Of a stretch of DNA of 64,000 nucleotides, positions 63,090-64,000 are shown one piece after another. The DNA is from Oopsacas minuta (lineage: Eukaryota; Animalia; Porifera). The notes under the pieces are model-generated. The model saw only the letters and a list, made by a program, of their open reading frames with translations, was not told the origin of the DNA and searched no databases. Location: positions 653,222 through 717,221 of the forward strand of contig JAKMXF010000055.1 in NCBI GenBank assembly GCA_024704765.1, read 5' to 3'. Numbering within the stretch: the stretch's first letter is position 1; every line of letters begins with the position of its first letter. The translations under genes and the position numbers were made by a program.

Positions 63090-64000
63090 TATATTCTACA
63101 TGAAACTTGAGTATAACACAGTTACTAACCTTTTCAATCGCCAATAGTGAAACAGAAGGTAATATCTGAATTGCAGAAGATAGATAAAGGAGTATTTCCT
63201 CAGTATAGAGATAAAATTCTATCGTCAATGGACAAGATAACAAATCAACAAAGGATTGAATCACACGCTTAAATAAACTCATAAATCTGTCATCCACAAT
63301 TTGATGAAGAGATCGCTAAAGGATTATTGTAATATAAGATATTAGAGAATCTACATTCACCGCCATTTGGCATTCGAAAACTACCGAATCACTAAATATA
63401 TTGGCCATATTTCCTGCCTATCATAGGTGTAGGATAATACACGAAAACCAGCTATGCATTTTGATTGACATTAACAAGACAAATCTATTAAAACAATTCC
63501 ATAATATAAGTAACATCTAATCATACCTTATTGATTAGATAGGCAATTATATCATATGTATAGCATAGGTATTTGTTTACGACAGTGGTTCCCATACTAT
63601 TTACTTTCTCTCTTCGTACCCAAAGTAACTTTGCATTACCCTTTGCAAAGTGTGCAGTAATAGAGAGGATACTACGAGAATTAGGATATATTTTCACATT
63701 TTAAAATAATCAAATTTAAAGATATCATTTATACCTTTCAAGATAAAGTACAAACGAATACTTAGAAGTTCAAATATCGATTAGAGGCCATCGCACTGCT
63801 TCACTGCGAGAATAAATTTCACTCAATCTGAATATAACCTTCAAGTTGAATAAACAATACTCCGATCAATTACATATTCCTCCTACGAGCATGTGCTGTT
63901 TTTGTAGATATATTTACAGATAATATTTACAGATAGCATACTGTATAACTTTCAGTATTTCAAAATGGAATGATCAGAGTGGAAATAAGAAAATATTATT

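Noticed and set aside
1-64000. Uni-strand (flamenco-like) piRNA cluster
   Set aside because: Transposase relics lie on both strands without a strong orientation bias.

Overview
AT-rich eukaryotic, most likely invertebrate, genomic DNA (organism not determinable from the sequence) that behaves as a nested DNA-transposon graveyard. I found no intact host gene, rRNA, tRNA or CRISPR array, and there is one 115-N gap (52511-52625). Elements recognised from transposase motifs, TIRs and target-site duplications: an almost uninterrupted Ac-like hAT transposase; three Buster/SPIN-type hATs (two with 8-bp TSDs); an inverted pair of near-identical Tc1 (DD34E) copies and further Tc1 relics; two DD37E Tc1/mariner elements; one maT (DD37D); two mariner relics; two pogo/Tigger elements; a FAR1-type MULE; and several MITEs. 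The standout is a 2.97-kb RAG1-like/Transib-superfamily transposon at 24374-27340. It has a 5-bp TSD (4/5 match), a perfect V(D)J RSS heptamer (CACAGTG) at its right end and a degraded transposase that keeps the RAG1-type catalytic and zinc residues. It also has a segment resembling the RAG1 nonamer-binding domain and asymmetric ends of the form heptamer-10 bp-TGGAAATAG versus heptamer-20 bp-TGGAAATAG, a one-helical-turn asymmetry reminiscent of the 12/23 rule, with no RAG2-like gene. All family assignments come from motif recall, not database searches.
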